Origin: a virus
Lineage: Duplodnaviria > Caudoviricetes
Strand: one strand, 5' to 3'
Virus record (IMG/VR): IMGVR_UViG_3300027994_000003
Span: 1 to 42,570 of that record
DNA: 42,570 bases
Part shown: positions 1 to 9,292 of the stretch, piece by piece
Numbering within the stretch: the stretch's first letter is position 1
Layout: each line of letters opens with the position of its first letter
Made by a program: the position numbers and the translations under genes
Notes under the pieces: generated by a model
The model's input: the letters and a program-made list of their open reading frames with translations, nothing else
Told to the model about the DNA's origin: nothing
The model's database searches: none

Positions 1-127
1 CATTTCAATCGCGAGCTGCGGGCGCCGGAAATGGAGGCGTCGAAGGTCCTGACGATCACGGCGGAGACGACGTACCTACCCGCCGACTTCCTAGCGATGC
101 GCGCGATCTTTCAGGAAGGCAGCCCGG
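1..127. repeat. 127-bp direct terminal repeat (copy 1; copy 2 at 42444-42570), circular-assembly overlap
   Basis: 1-127 is identical to 42444-42570, and one ORF reads in frame across the join. Confidence 0.97.
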
Positions 128-519
128 ACACGCCGCTGGTGAGCATGTCGCCGGCAGGCTTGCTCGCCACCTATCAGGGGCGGTCTGGCACGCCCGCGGG
201 TTATTCGATCGAGGGGTTGCGACTGCGTGTCGCGCCAGTCGGGGCAACAACGCTGGAGATGGTCTATTATCAGGCAATCCCGGCGCTGACCGATGCCTCG
301 GTAAACAACTGGCTGCTGCGCCGGCATTCGGACCTCTACGTCGCCGGCGTCATGTTCCACCTCGCCAAGCGGGAACGGGACAACGACGGCATGGCGATGG
401 CGGGGCAAGAAGTACAGACTGTCATCGGTGCGATCAATTCCGCTACGCAGCGCGCACGATGGGGCGCGGGGCCGCTTGTGCCCGCCGGCATGTCACAGGT
501 CCGCGGCGCGCGTGCGTAA
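1..519 (+). CDS. Head-tail adaptor / tail tubular protein A-like (3' part; gene starts at 42306 across the circular junction, about 218 aa)
   Basis: In frame with ATG 42306; lies after capsid genes and before the tail nozzle gene. Confidence 0.7.
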   Translation, partial: HFNRELRAPEMEASKVLTITAETTYLPADFLAMRAIFQEGSPDTPLVSMSPAGLLATYQGRSGTPAGYSIEGLRLRVAPVGATTLEMVYYQAIPALTDASVNNWLLRRHSDLYVAGVMFHLAKRERDNDGMAMAGQEVQTVIGAINSATQRARWGAGPLVPAGMSQVRGARA

Positions 520-1930
520 GACGCTGCCGTTCCCGGCATGGCTGCCCGACCAGTTACCAACCGGAGCGGTGCTGACCGCCGCGGTGAACGTCCTGCCGGC
601 CGCGAATGGGTATCGCCCGGTCAAGTCGCTGATCACGATTTCCGATGCCTTGCCCGCGGCGTTCGCTGGCGGTGGCTCGTTCATCGCGTCTGACGGGGCG
701 GCGTATCTCATTGCTGGCACAGCAAACGGCCTGTCGCGTTTTTCCGCGGGCACCTGGGCGACGTTGCTTGCCGCTATGAGCATCCCCGGTCGCTGGCGCT
801 TCAGCCAGTTCGGCGATTTCGTCGTTGCCGTGAACGGGGTGGACACCAAGCAGGTCAATCTGACGACCGGTGCGGCGTCGGACATCGCCGACGCACCCTA
901 TGGCACGTCGGTGGCGGTCGTTGGGCCGCATGTCGTCATTGGGCAGGCGAACGGCAACCGGCTGCTCGTGCAGTGGAGCGCGTTCAACAGTCATACCGCT
1001 TGGACGGCTGGCGTAGACCAATCGGGCTTCCAGCCGATGCTTGAGGGTGGCGAAGTCATGGGCCTTGCCGGCGGGGAATACGGCATCGTGCTCCAGCGGT
1101 TCGCGTTGCAACGCATGTCCCTGAGCGGCGATGCTACCGCCCCATTCACCTTCCAGCAGATCACCAACAACGTCGGCTGCGCCTCGCGCGCATCGATCGC
1201 GCAATCCGGCCGCACGGTGTTCTTCCTGTCTGACCGCGGCTTCATGGCGCTGGAGGATGGCCAATCCCTACGCCCGATCGGCAACGAGAAGTTCGACCAA
1301 CATTTTCGCGATGCCGTGGCGCCGCAAGATTACGAAAAGCTGTGGAGCGCGATCGATCCAAAGCGCTCGCTGGTGTTCTGGGGCTATCCAGGCGCGCCGG
1401 GCCGCATCTGGGTCTATAACTGGGTTATCGACCGAGCCGCCACGATCGAGATGCCGTTTGCAGGCATGTTCGCCGGGTATGAGAGCAGCCTGACGCTGGA
1501 AGCGGTCGCCGCGCTGTATCCGAACCTCGACACGATGCCTTACAGCCTGGACGACCCGCGCTTCTCGGGCGGTGATCCGCGGCTGTACTTCGTGTCGCTG
1601 GATAGCCGGATCGGGGCGTTGGCAGGGTCAAATCTGGCTGCGAACATGACGATGGGCTGGCTTTCTCCCGCGGGTGCCAATGTCTCACGCGTGCGCAGCG
1701 CTTGGCCGATCGGCGATGCCACCGGTGGCGTTACCGTCACGATCGACGCACGGCAGCGCATGGGGGACGGGGAGGCGGTATCTGCCGCTGCGACGATGCA
1801 GGCGAGCGGTCGCGTACCGTTGCGCAGCCGGGGGCGGTTCCTGCGCATCTCCGTCGCGCACGCCGCGGGAAGCGCCTGGACCTATAGCGAGGGCGTGGAA
1901 CTGGAATTCGAAGCGGCCGGCACGCGATGA
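512..1930 (+). CDS. Tail nozzle / tubular protein B (P22 gp10-like)
   Basis: Likely GTG start at 512 overlapping the upstream stop; about 472 aa, beta-rich; podovirus synteny. Confidence 0.7.
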   Translation: MRKTLPFPAWLPDQLPTGAVLTAAVNVLPAANGYRPVKSLITISDALPAAFAGGGSFIASDGAAYLIAGTANGLSRFSAGTWATLLAAMSIPGRWRFSQFGDFVVAVNGVDTKQVNLTTGAASDIADAPYGTSVAVVGPHVVIGQANGNRLLVQWSAFNSHTAWTAGVDQSGFQPMLEGGEVMGLAGGEYGIVLQRFALQRMSLSGDATAPFTFQQITNNVGCASRASIAQSGRTVFFLSDRGFMALEDGQSLRPIGNEKFDQHFRDAVAPQDYEKLWSAIDPKRSLVFWGYPGAPGRIWVYNWVIDRAATIEMPFAGMFAGYESSLTLEAVAALYPNLDTMPYSLDDPRFSGGDPRLYFVSLDSRIGALAGSNLAANMTMGWLSPAGANVSRVRSAWPIGDATGGVTVTIDARQRMGDGEAVSAAATMQASGRVPLRSRGRFLRISVAHAAGSAWTYSEGVELEFEAAGTR

Positions 1931-2508
1931 ACCGCCAGCCAATTCCGGTCGACGGCAAAGGGCTGGACTGGCCGCGGAGGGTGGCGAACGCAATCAACGG
2001 GTTGTTCCGCACGACAGACGATCACGCCGCGCAACTGGCGACGGTGGGCACCGGGTTCGGTTTCATCGACTACACTGATACGGAATCCCCGACCGCGATC
2101 AGTTTGCCCGCAGGCGATACCGTGCAGGTGTTGCGCACGCTGGCGGCTTCGACCGACAACAACCGATTACGCAGCGTTTTCACGGGGCACGCATTTTGGG
2201 CCGCTAACAAGATCACGCCGCGCGCGCTCTACGATGTGATCCAGATCAGCATTTTTATCCGCATCGTGCCTGGCGCATCGAACGGCGCGCTGGATGTGTC
2301 GCTTATGGCAGGGGCTATCGAGATCGCGGCCAAGGCGTTCCCCCTTACTGGCACGGTTGGTGCGGGGCAGGGGCTTCGCGCCGACTTTATTATCCCGGTG
2401 CGCGGCATGTTCCTGGCTAACGGAGCCAAGGTGATGCTGCGATCGTCTGTGACGGCCACGGTGACCGAATTCAGCCCGGAATTCTACCCGTTGGGATACG
2501 AGCCATGA
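1927..2508 (+). CDS. Hypothetical virion/tail protein
   Basis: ATGA-coupled 193-aa ORF in the tail operon. Confidence 0.6.
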   Translation: MNRQPIPVDGKGLDWPRRVANAINGLFRTTDDHAAQLATVGTGFGFIDYTDTESPTAISLPAGDTVQVLRTLAASTDNNRLRSVFTGHAFWAANKITPRALYDVIQISIFIRIVPGASNGALDVSLMAGAIEIAAKAFPLTGTVGAGQGLRADFIIPVRGMFLANGAKVMLRSSVTATVTEFSPEFYPLGYEP

Positions 2509-3155
2509 AGATGCGCGTGTTCAACGACGGCAAGGCGATCGTCCGCGACGCGCTGCTCCCTCAGCCGGCCGGATCCCTGAAATGTTCGATTGTCGGCAGT
2601 CAGGTGAAATTGACCGCCAGCAACGGCATCGTCGTGCTGGATCTCCCCTATACGGAGGTGACGGACCAGGCAGGCAACGGGTTTGCCAGCGCGGCGCTCA
2701 CCAAGGCCTATCTGGACGCCGAACTGGCCAAGACGCCGGCCGTAACGATCGCCGATGTGACCGGGCTGCAGAGTGCCCTGGACGCCAAGCTCGGCACGGC
2801 AGTGACGCCGGCCACGCCGACCCGCGCATTCGGGACCGCATTCCGCCCGCATGCCACCAAGGCTGTATTGTGCATATACAGCGTAAAAACACAGGTGACG
2901 AACCCGCTTATTTCTGGCACCAGCGTATCAACCGCTCGTCTGCTTAGCGACGCGGCCAATCCTCCTACCGTCGAACGATCGCGCGCCGAGGCAACCTCTG
3001 GCGTCGGGGTGGCGGTTGCCATCGCAATTACGCAGTCGAACACGGCGACTCTTGTCTACCTGTGCCCGCCTGGGCATTACGTGTTGCTGACCTCGACGGT
3101 TACGGGAACGGGCGCCACAGCAATCGCGGCGCAGGTCGAATTGGTGCTGGGATGA
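2505..3155 (+). CDS. Tail-associated protein with phage-tail-repeat-like motif
   Basis: Motif TIADVTGLQSALDAK; ATGA coupling. Confidence 0.6.
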   Translation: MKMRVFNDGKAIVRDALLPQPAGSLKCSIVGSQVKLTASNGIVVLDLPYTEVTDQAGNGFASAALTKAYLDAELAKTPAVTIADVTGLQSALDAKLGTAVTPATPTRAFGTAFRPHATKAVLCIYSVKTQVTNPLISGTSVSTARLLSDAANPPTVERSRAEATSGVGVAVAIAITQSNTATLVYLCPPGHYVLLTSTVTGTGATAIAAQVELVLG

Positions 3156-3535
3156 TCGGAACGTGGCGCGACTATCTCCGCTTCCGGCCTGAGATCGCCG
3201 AACTGCTGGACCCCCGCTGTTACGCGATCGAATGGCTGGACGAGCAGGTCGTCTCGGGTGCTGCTATCGTGTTCACGAGCGACACGGCGGTGATCCTGGT
3301 GGAGATCAAGGCTTATCCCGCCGGCGCGCGGGAGGTTCATGGGCTGGTGGCGGCTGGCGACTTAGCAGCAATCCTGCCGTTGATCGACGAAGCGGAAGCA
3401 TGGGGGCTGGGTAACGGCTGCATCTTCGCTGGCATTGCGTCGCGCGCTGGCTGGGGCCGGGTGCTGCGGGATCGTGGATACCAGCCCTATCAGATCGAAT
3501 TGCGAAAGGAGCTTTTTGCTCATGGGCATGTCTAG
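3152..3535 (+). CDS. GNAT-like virion assembly protein (T7 gp13-like position)
   Basis: ATG 3152 coupled to the upstream stop; AEAWG..GC...I.SRAGWGRVL motif; precedes ejection genes. Confidence 0.55.
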   Translation: MIGTWRDYLRFRPEIAELLDPRCYAIEWLDEQVVSGAAIVFTSDTAVILVEIKAYPAGAREVHGLVAAGDLAAILPLIDEAEAWGLGNGCIFAGIASRAGWGRVLRDRGYQPYQIELRKELFAHGHV

Positions 3536-4187
3536 TTCCAAGACCAAATCCACAACGAAGCCGATCTATTCGGCGGAGGTTGAGGGCGCCGCTGGCAACA
3601 TCAGCAATGCCTACGCCGCGCAGGCGCCTAAGATCAGCGCGATAACCGATCAGATCGGCGGTCTCGCGCCTGGCCTAGTAGAGAAGTTTCAGAGCGGCGA
3701 CAGCGGCGTCAACGCGGCCAAGGCCTACGACGGCGACGTGCTATCGGGGAAGTATCTCGACGCCGGCAACCCGTATCTGCAGGGCATGATCGACAAGACG
3801 AACGCCAGCACGCGTAATGGCCTAGCGGCATCGCTCGGCACCCGCGGACTGACCGGCGGTTCGGACTTCTCCGGCATCATCTCGCGCGCGCTGGCGGAGA
3901 ACGAAACCGGACTGCGATATCAGGATTACGGGGCAGAGCGATCGCGCATGGATTCGGCGTCGGGCCGGGCGCCCGGTCTGGCAGCCGCCGGCTATCTCCC
4001 GCTGCAATCGCTGCTTGAAGTGGCGCAGTCTCAGCAGATGCCGGTGCAGACGGCGGTCGGGGCAGGCGCGGGGATCGGGGGGCTTTTGGGTCAGTACACA
4101 AGTCAAAAGAAGACATCCACGCCTTCTCTTATGGAGTCGATCGCACAGGCGATGGATATCGGCAAGGCGGCGGCGGGGTTCTTCTGA
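3522..4187 (+). CDS. DNA ejection / internal virion protein (P22 gp7-like position)
   Basis: Starts MGMSSSKTKST; Gly/Ala-rich; synteny. Confidence 0.6.
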   Translation: MGMSSSKTKSTTKPIYSAEVEGAAGNISNAYAAQAPKISAITDQIGGLAPGLVEKFQSGDSGVNAAKAYDGDVLSGKYLDAGNPYLQGMIDKTNASTRNGLAASLGTRGLTGGSDFSGIISRALAENETGLRYQDYGAERSRMDSASGRAPGLAAAGYLPLQSLLEVAQSQQMPVQTAVGAGAGIGGLLGQYTSQKKTSTPSLMESIAQAMDIGKAAAGFF

Positions 4188-4843
4188 TGGCTATGTTCGG
4201 AAACCGCCGCCGCCCGTTGTTCGGCGCGGAAATGCTGGGCGACGTTCCTTATGGCACGCCACCAATCAACGGCAATCCAGCACATCAACTGCCAAGCGAC
4301 GCCGGTACGCCTTGGCCGATGCCGCGGGAACCAATTATGTCGCCGGGCGCAGAGGGCGGTACGATCACGCCAGCGCCGGCGGAAGCGTTCACCCCTCGCA
4401 AGCGTTCGACGCTCGATAAGATAGGCATTCTTGCGGACGCTTTTCGTGGCACGCGGACGAACCAAGATGCGCTGCAGGCGGTGGACGATCGCGACTACGC
4501 TGCGTGGCAACAGCAGCAGCAGTACCAGCGGGCTCGCATCGACAAATTCGCCGATTTTACGCGGGAATACGATTATCGAGTGAAGAACCCGATGCCATCA
4601 ACTGCCCAACCCTACCGCTGGGAGGGCAACGACGGTGACGTGTACGAGCTTGGCGCCGATGGTAAGCCGCGGCGCTTGTTCGACGACCCTACGCCTCGCT
4701 ACGTTCCCGATGGCGTCGGCGGCTTGGCGATGATCCCGGGCACTGGCGCGGCTAGCTCTGCGCCGGTGGGCACGGTGCGTCCTGTCGGGAAACTTACGCC
4801 GATCGGAGGTGCGGGGTCTATGGCTCCGAGCACCTTTCGCTGA
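4187..4843 (+). CDS. Internal virion / ejection protein
   Basis: TGATG-coupled; Pro-rich with a Gln run; synteny. Confidence 0.55.
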   Translation: MAMFGNRRRPLFGAEMLGDVPYGTPPINGNPAHQLPSDAGTPWPMPREPIMSPGAEGGTITPAPAEAFTPRKRSTLDKIGILADAFRGTRTNQDALQAVDDRDYAAWQQQQQYQRARIDKFADFTREYDYRVKNPMPSTAQPYRWEGNDGDVYELGADGKPRRLFDDPTPRYVPDGVGGLAMIPGTGAASSAPVGTVRPVGKLTPIGGAGSMAPSTFR

Positions 4844-5099
4844 TCCGTTCAAAGCGCCGGGCACGCTGACAAGTGGACGCCGAACGCCAGAAGGCAACAA
4901 GCTGGTCGGCGGTGTCCCCAACAGCCACCACCTCGACGGCACCGGCGGCGATTACGTCAACGCGTCGGCCGCCGACCTTATGCGATATTTCGGCGCGGGC
5001 ACGAGAGTGTTGGACGAAGGCGACCACAAGCACGTCACTGTGCCCGGCGGTCGGTTCCCTTACTACGGCAAGCGCGGCACCGCTGGATTGAAGAGGTAG
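4809..5099 (+). CDS. Peptidase M15-like (D-Ala-D-Ala Zn peptidase) domain, probably expressed by +1 frameshift from the upstream gene
   Basis: TSGRR..N..VGG..NSHH, H-x6-D and H-x-H zinc motifs; no ATG before the zinc motif and no properly spaced RBS. Confidence 0.7.
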   Translation: MRGLWLRAPFADPFKAPGTLTSGRRTPEGNKLVGGVPNSHHLDGTGGDYVNASAADLMRYFGAGTRVLDEGDHKHVTVPGGRFPYYGKRGTAGLKR

Positions 5100-5102
5100 A
5101 TT

Positions 5103-8100
5103 ATGCCCCAACAGCTAGCGCGAGACGAGGCCGGGAACGTTTTCGACGTATCCGACCCGAACAACCCTATTCTCGTGCGTCAGGCCGCAGCCCCAACGCC
5201 TTCTTACATCCCGCCCTCCGCAGCTCGCCAAGCGCAGGACGCGCGCACTAATGCGCGTGAGGACGTTCGCGACGCGCGCGCTGCCGAAGATCAGGACTTG
5301 CAGCGAAAGTCGGCGGCGCGCGCCGCACAAGCTGCCGCGCTGCAGGCGCAAGCTGCGAATCGTCAGGCGGGCGCTGCCGAACGAACCGTGGGCAACACGC
5401 GCTTCGACAACATCGCCCTGCTGCGCAAGGAGTTCACCGGGCGCAAGGAGGTCGCAGACTTCCAGACGATCCTGCCAATGGTGGCATCGGCGATGACGAT
5501 CGCTCGCAACCCCAAGGCGACGGGCGCAGATGATCTCAACCTGATCTACACGTTCGGCAAGGTCATGGATCCTGGCTCGGTCGTTCGCGAAGGCGAGCTG
5601 GCGCTGGCTTCGGGCACCGGCAGCTTTGCACAGAGCATTGAGGGGGCGATCAGCAAGCTGCAGAGCGGTGAGCGGTTGCCCGATGCGGTGCGTCACAACC
5701 TCGTCGAGTCAATGCGCCGCCGCGGTGTGGAACTGTCGCGTTCGTATAACCTGTCGCGCCGGGACTATCAGGAACGCGCCAAGCGTTTCGGTTTCAATCC
5801 CATCGACGTGGTGGGCGAGCATCCTGCCAAGCCATTCCAGCAAGTAGAAGCCGACTTTACGGGGAAACCGATCGGCAACCTTGACGGTTCGCCGGGGGCA
5901 AGCCCCACACAGGCGGCTACTGGCGGCACGAAGGTTGACCGCAATCCCGCACGTGAAAAGGCGCTGGACGCTCTGCTGCGCGCCGGCGCGGACGACGCGC
6001 AGATCAACGCCACGTCGCGCGCGCTGGGCGGCATGGACTTCGACCCAGCGGACTTGGCGCGATCGCGCGAGGCTGTCAGCAAGGGCTTCAAGGGCAGAAC
6101 GTTCGACACGTCGGTGGAGGTGCCCACCACTGCACTCAATAGGGCGTCGGCGTCGGGGCCAGCAGTAGGCTTTGTCGGTCTGGCGAACGGGTTAAGTGCC
6201 GGGATGCTGGATGAGGGGATTGGTGCGGCGAATAGCCTTCTCACCGGCAAGCCGATGGCTCAAACGATCGAAGAGGCGAACCGTGGCAAGCAGGCCGGTG
6301 CGGAGGCGCATCCCATTTGGTCGGCGGGCGGCAATATGGCCGGATTGGCAGGCTCAAGCGCTTTGGGCGGCGCGGGCTTGGCACGCGTTGGACTTTCTGC
6401 CGCGCTGGGCAAGGCGACGCCGTACGCCGCAGACGCGGCCCTCGGTGCGATCTCAGGCGCTGGCGAAGCGAATGGTAACCGGCTGTGGGGGGCAGGGGTT
6501 GGTGCCGCCGGCGGCGCTATCGGGCGCGGGATAGGCGAAAAGGTGCTAGCTCCTGCGGTTGGTGCGGCCATGCGGACAGCGCCTGCGCTAGCTGTGGCCC
6601 GAAAAGCGCGAGGCATTTTCGGTGCACGCATGCTGCCGGAAGCACCGCGGCTGTCGCCTGCGGATCAAGATATTGCGGGCGCGATCAGGGGCGCAGCACC
6701 CGACACGGAAACGATGCTTTTGGAAGCCCAGCGGCTTGGCTTGCCCATGGCCTTAGCGGACACCTCGGCTCCAGCACGCGAATTGACCGCGGCGGCGGTT
6801 CGGCGTTCGCCAGCGGCATCGCAGATCGCAGAAGACACGCTCATTCCGCGCAACCGCGGGCAGTACGATCGTTTCAGCGCAGCCGTGACGCGTGATCTTG
6901 GCCCAACGACCAACATCCCGCAGCGGAGCGCGGATATGATGGCAGAAGCCCGAACGGCGGCGTCCGGTCTATATGACCAAGCCTACAGCAACCCCGTCCC
7001 CAGCACTCCCGAGCTTGACGCAGTGCTCGGCACGCCATTCGGTCGGCAAGCGGTTGGTCGGGCGCGTACGATCGCCGCCAATGAGCGCCGTTCGCCGGAT
7101 GAACTCGGGTTCGCACTCGACGCAGACGGCAACGTGGCGCTCAATCCTCGCCCGAACGATGCTATTGCACAGCATCTCGGCGCGCGCGCTGATTTCGACG
7201 CGGCACAGGAAGCCTATCGGGCGGCACGGCAGACCCCCGGCGCGAATGTCGATCAGGCGCGCGACGCGATGATGAGTGCGCGCGAAAACCTGCGCGCAGC
7301 AGAGCAGCGGCTCAACGCCGCACCGGACCCGAGCAGCGCCGCCAGTGTTCCCGCCTATACCACGCAGACGCTCGATTACGTGAAGCGCGGCATGGACGAC
7401 GTGCTGGAGGAACAGCGCAACCCGATCACCGGGCGGCTGCAGCTTGACGAGGCGGGCAGGGCGCAGAACGGCGTGCGCGGCCAGTTGCTCAGCGAAGTTG
7501 ATCGCCTCAACCCAGACTTCGCGGCAGCTCGGCAGGCGTATGCCGGTCCGATGGCTTCACGCGATGCACTGTCGCGCGGTGTCGATGCCTACGGCTTGCA
7601 CCCCGACGAGCTCGGCATGCAGGTGGCCAATCAGACGCCCGAACACCTGGGACAGATGCAGTTGGGTTATCGCGGCACCCTCATGGATCATGCGGGCAAG
7701 GTCCGTGATTCGAGCAACCCTTGGGAGGCGACGCTCGGGTCGCCGGTGGCGCGCAATCGGCTTGGTACCATGTTCCCGGGCAGCCCAGGCGTGCCTAATC
7801 TGCTCCGCCAGCGGGCGTTGGAGTCGCAACTCCAGCAGACCAGCAACGCAGTACTCGGAAATTCCAAGACGGCTCAACGGCAGATCGCAGACGAGGCGTT
7901 TTCCGGGGGTGGGTTCGCCAACGCTGCAGAGGCCGGGGTAAATGCCCTCACCGGTGGCGGCGCGGGTCAGATCACCAGAATGGCGGCGTCACGCGCGGCG
8001 GCGGCGATGGCAAAAACCAACATCGGCAAGCGGGCGATCGCCAAGGCCGATGCTGTAGTGCCTGTTATGTTGAACACCGCGCCGGCAGAAGCACTGGCGA

Positions 8101-8228
8101 ATATGCGCGCTCTGATGGCTCGTGATGACCAATACCGGGCATTTGTCGAGGCGACGACGCCCCGGCGTAAATTAGGATTATTCGGCCGGGCGCTCGGTGC
8201 CAGCACCAGCCCCATGTTGGTCGAATAG
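5103..8228 (+). CDS. Large DNA ejection/transfer protein (1041 aa)
   Basis: Ala/Gly-rich helical protein with a central hydrophobic Gly-rich stretch; last gene of the ejection cluster; RBS GAGG. Confidence 0.65.
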   Translation: MPQQLARDEAGNVFDVSDPNNPILVRQAAAPTPSYIPPSAARQAQDARTNAREDVRDARAAEDQDLQRKSAARAAQAAALQAQAANRQAGAAERTVGNTRFDNIALLRKEFTGRKEVADFQTILPMVASAMTIARNPKATGADDLNLIYTFGKVMDPGSVVREGELALASGTGSFAQSIEGAISKLQSGERLPDAVRHNLVESMRRRGVELSRSYNLSRRDYQERAKRFGFNPIDVVGEHPAKPFQQVEADFTGKPIGNLDGSPGASPTQAATGGTKVDRNPAREKALDALLRAGADDAQINATSRALGGMDFDPADLARSREAVSKGFKGRTFDTSVEVPTTALNRASASGPAVGFVGLANGLSAGMLDEGIGAANSLLTGKPMAQTIEEANRGKQAGAEAHPIWSAGGNMAGLAGSSALGGAGLARVGLSAALGKATPYAADAALGAISGAGEANGNRLWGAGVGAAGGAIGRGIGEKVLAPAVGAAMRTAPALAVARKARGIFGARMLPEAPRLSPADQDIAGAIRGAAPDTETMLLEAQRLGLPMALADTSAPARELTAAAVRRSPAASQIAEDTLIPRNRGQYDRFSAAVTRDLGPTTNIPQRSADMMAEARTAASGLYDQAYSNPVPSTPELDAVLGTPFGRQAVGRARTIAANERRSPDELGFALDADGNVALNPRPNDAIAQHLGARADFDAAQEAYRAARQTPGANVDQARDAMMSARENLRAAEQRLNAAPDPSSAASVPAYTTQTLDYVKRGMDDVLEEQRNPITGRLQLDEAGRAQNGVRGQLLSEVDRLNPDFAAARQAYAGPMASRDALSRGVDAYGLHPDELGMQVANQTPEHLGQMQLGYRGTLMDHAGKVRDSSNPWEATLGSPVARNRLGTMFPGSPGVPNLLRQRALESQLQQTSNAVLGNSKTAQRQIADEAFSGGGFANAAEAGVNALTGGGAGQITRMAASRAAAAMAKTNIGKRAIAKADAVVPVMLNTAPAEALANMRALMARDDQYRAFVEATTPRRKLGLFGRALGASTSPMLVE

Positions 8229-8489
8229 GCCGGGGGTCGTCATCTGCACGTAGCCGAATACGACCCCGGCAAGCGCGGCAAAAACCCAAGCCCAGATAAT
8301 CGCCCGCTTGATGCGAATGAAGTGCAGGTCTGGGACGTATCGACCTCGCCAATCGCGATAAGCGGGGATCTCGGTTCTCGCCGCTTTCCACGCTCGGAAC
8401 TGCGCAAGGTACACGCGGGCGAGGTTCGCCAAGGCGGTGCCGAAAACGATGCTCAGAAAATAGCCGGTGGTCACCGGACTCCAGTACAT
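8178..8489 (-). CDS. Small two-TM membrane protein (antisense moron; superinfection-exclusion candidate)
   Basis: ATG 8489, 103 aa, two hydrophobic segments; fills the gap between + strand structural genes. Confidence 0.55.
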   Translation of the reverse strand: MYWSPVTTGYFLSIVFGTALANLARVYLAQFRAWKAARTEIPAYRDWRGRYVPDLHFIRIKRAIIWAWVFAALAGVVFGYVQMTTPGLFDQHGAGAGTERPAE

Positions 8490-8508
8490 CGAAAAAGGAG
8501 CAAACGCT

Positions 8509-8841
8509 ATGCCCAGCGCTAGTGAACTCTCGGCCACGCCCGAAAGCAACACCACGATAGGCGGCGTGAACGTCGGTGAGAACTGTTCGCCGGGAGGAAT
8601 CAATAACGCCCTACGCTACCTCGCGGCCATCGTCCGCACCCTATACGACCAGGTGCAGGGCTTCACCTCCGGCATGCCATTCACCGGCGGCACGTTCACC
8701 GGGGACATCTTCCGCCAGAGCCGCGGCGCCTACCGTCATAACGCCAGCTCGTCACATACTAGCGGGCGGGAATTCTACCTTCCTGAAGGCTCCGCGCTTC
8801 CTGCTGGGCAAGAAGGTGATGTCGTCTGGTTCTATACGTGA
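8509..8841 (+). CDS. Tail fibre/adaptor N-terminal-type protein
   Basis: RBS AAGGAG; ENCSPGGINNALR motif typical of podovirus fibre anchors. Confidence 0.6.
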   Translation: MPSASELSATPESNTTIGGVNVGENCSPGGINNALRYLAAIVRTLYDQVQGFTSGMPFTGGTFTGDIFRQSRGAYRHNASSSHTSGREFYLPEGSALPAGQEGDVVWFYT

Positions 8842-9284
8842 GCGGCCGGCCGTTCATCGACGGCGCTTTCCGAACAATTAAGGGCGGTACCGTTTGGCTG
8901 AATTCCACGCCACGCAAAGTCACGCGCGGGCAAGCTTTTATCAACGGCGCTTGGCGTAATCTCGTTAGCTTCGCCTCGCCACTTAGTCTCTACATTTCGC
9001 CCGATTCAATATCCGGCAGTGTCACCGCAAATAGCCTGCAGACGGTGTACTCGGACGCGGCAACAGCGGTCGTCGCGGGCGGTGTCGCTCCGTTCAGCTA
9101 TGCTTGGAGCGTGTTGAGTGGCGGCGCGGCTCTTACGTCGCCAGCGAGTGCGATCACCAGCGTCAGCAAAACGCTTGGCGTCAATTCAAGCGCTACCGGA
9201 ACAATCCGCTGCACCTGCACCGATGCGGTGGGCGCGACCGTGACCGCGGACGGCTTTTACGAACTTAGCAATTACAAGAACTGA
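8838..9284 (+). CDS. Hypothetical tail protein (Ig-like beta composition)
   Basis: GTGA coupling; Ser/Thr-rich with GGVAPFSYAWS motif. Confidence 0.5.
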   Translation: MSGRPFIDGAFRTIKGGTVWLNSTPRKVTRGQAFINGAWRNLVSFASPLSLYISPDSISGSVTANSLQTVYSDAATAVVAGGVAPFSYAWSVLSGGAALTSPASAITSVSKTLGVNSSATGTIRCTCTDAVGATVTADGFYELSNYKN

Positions 9285-9292
9285 GGGGCGGC

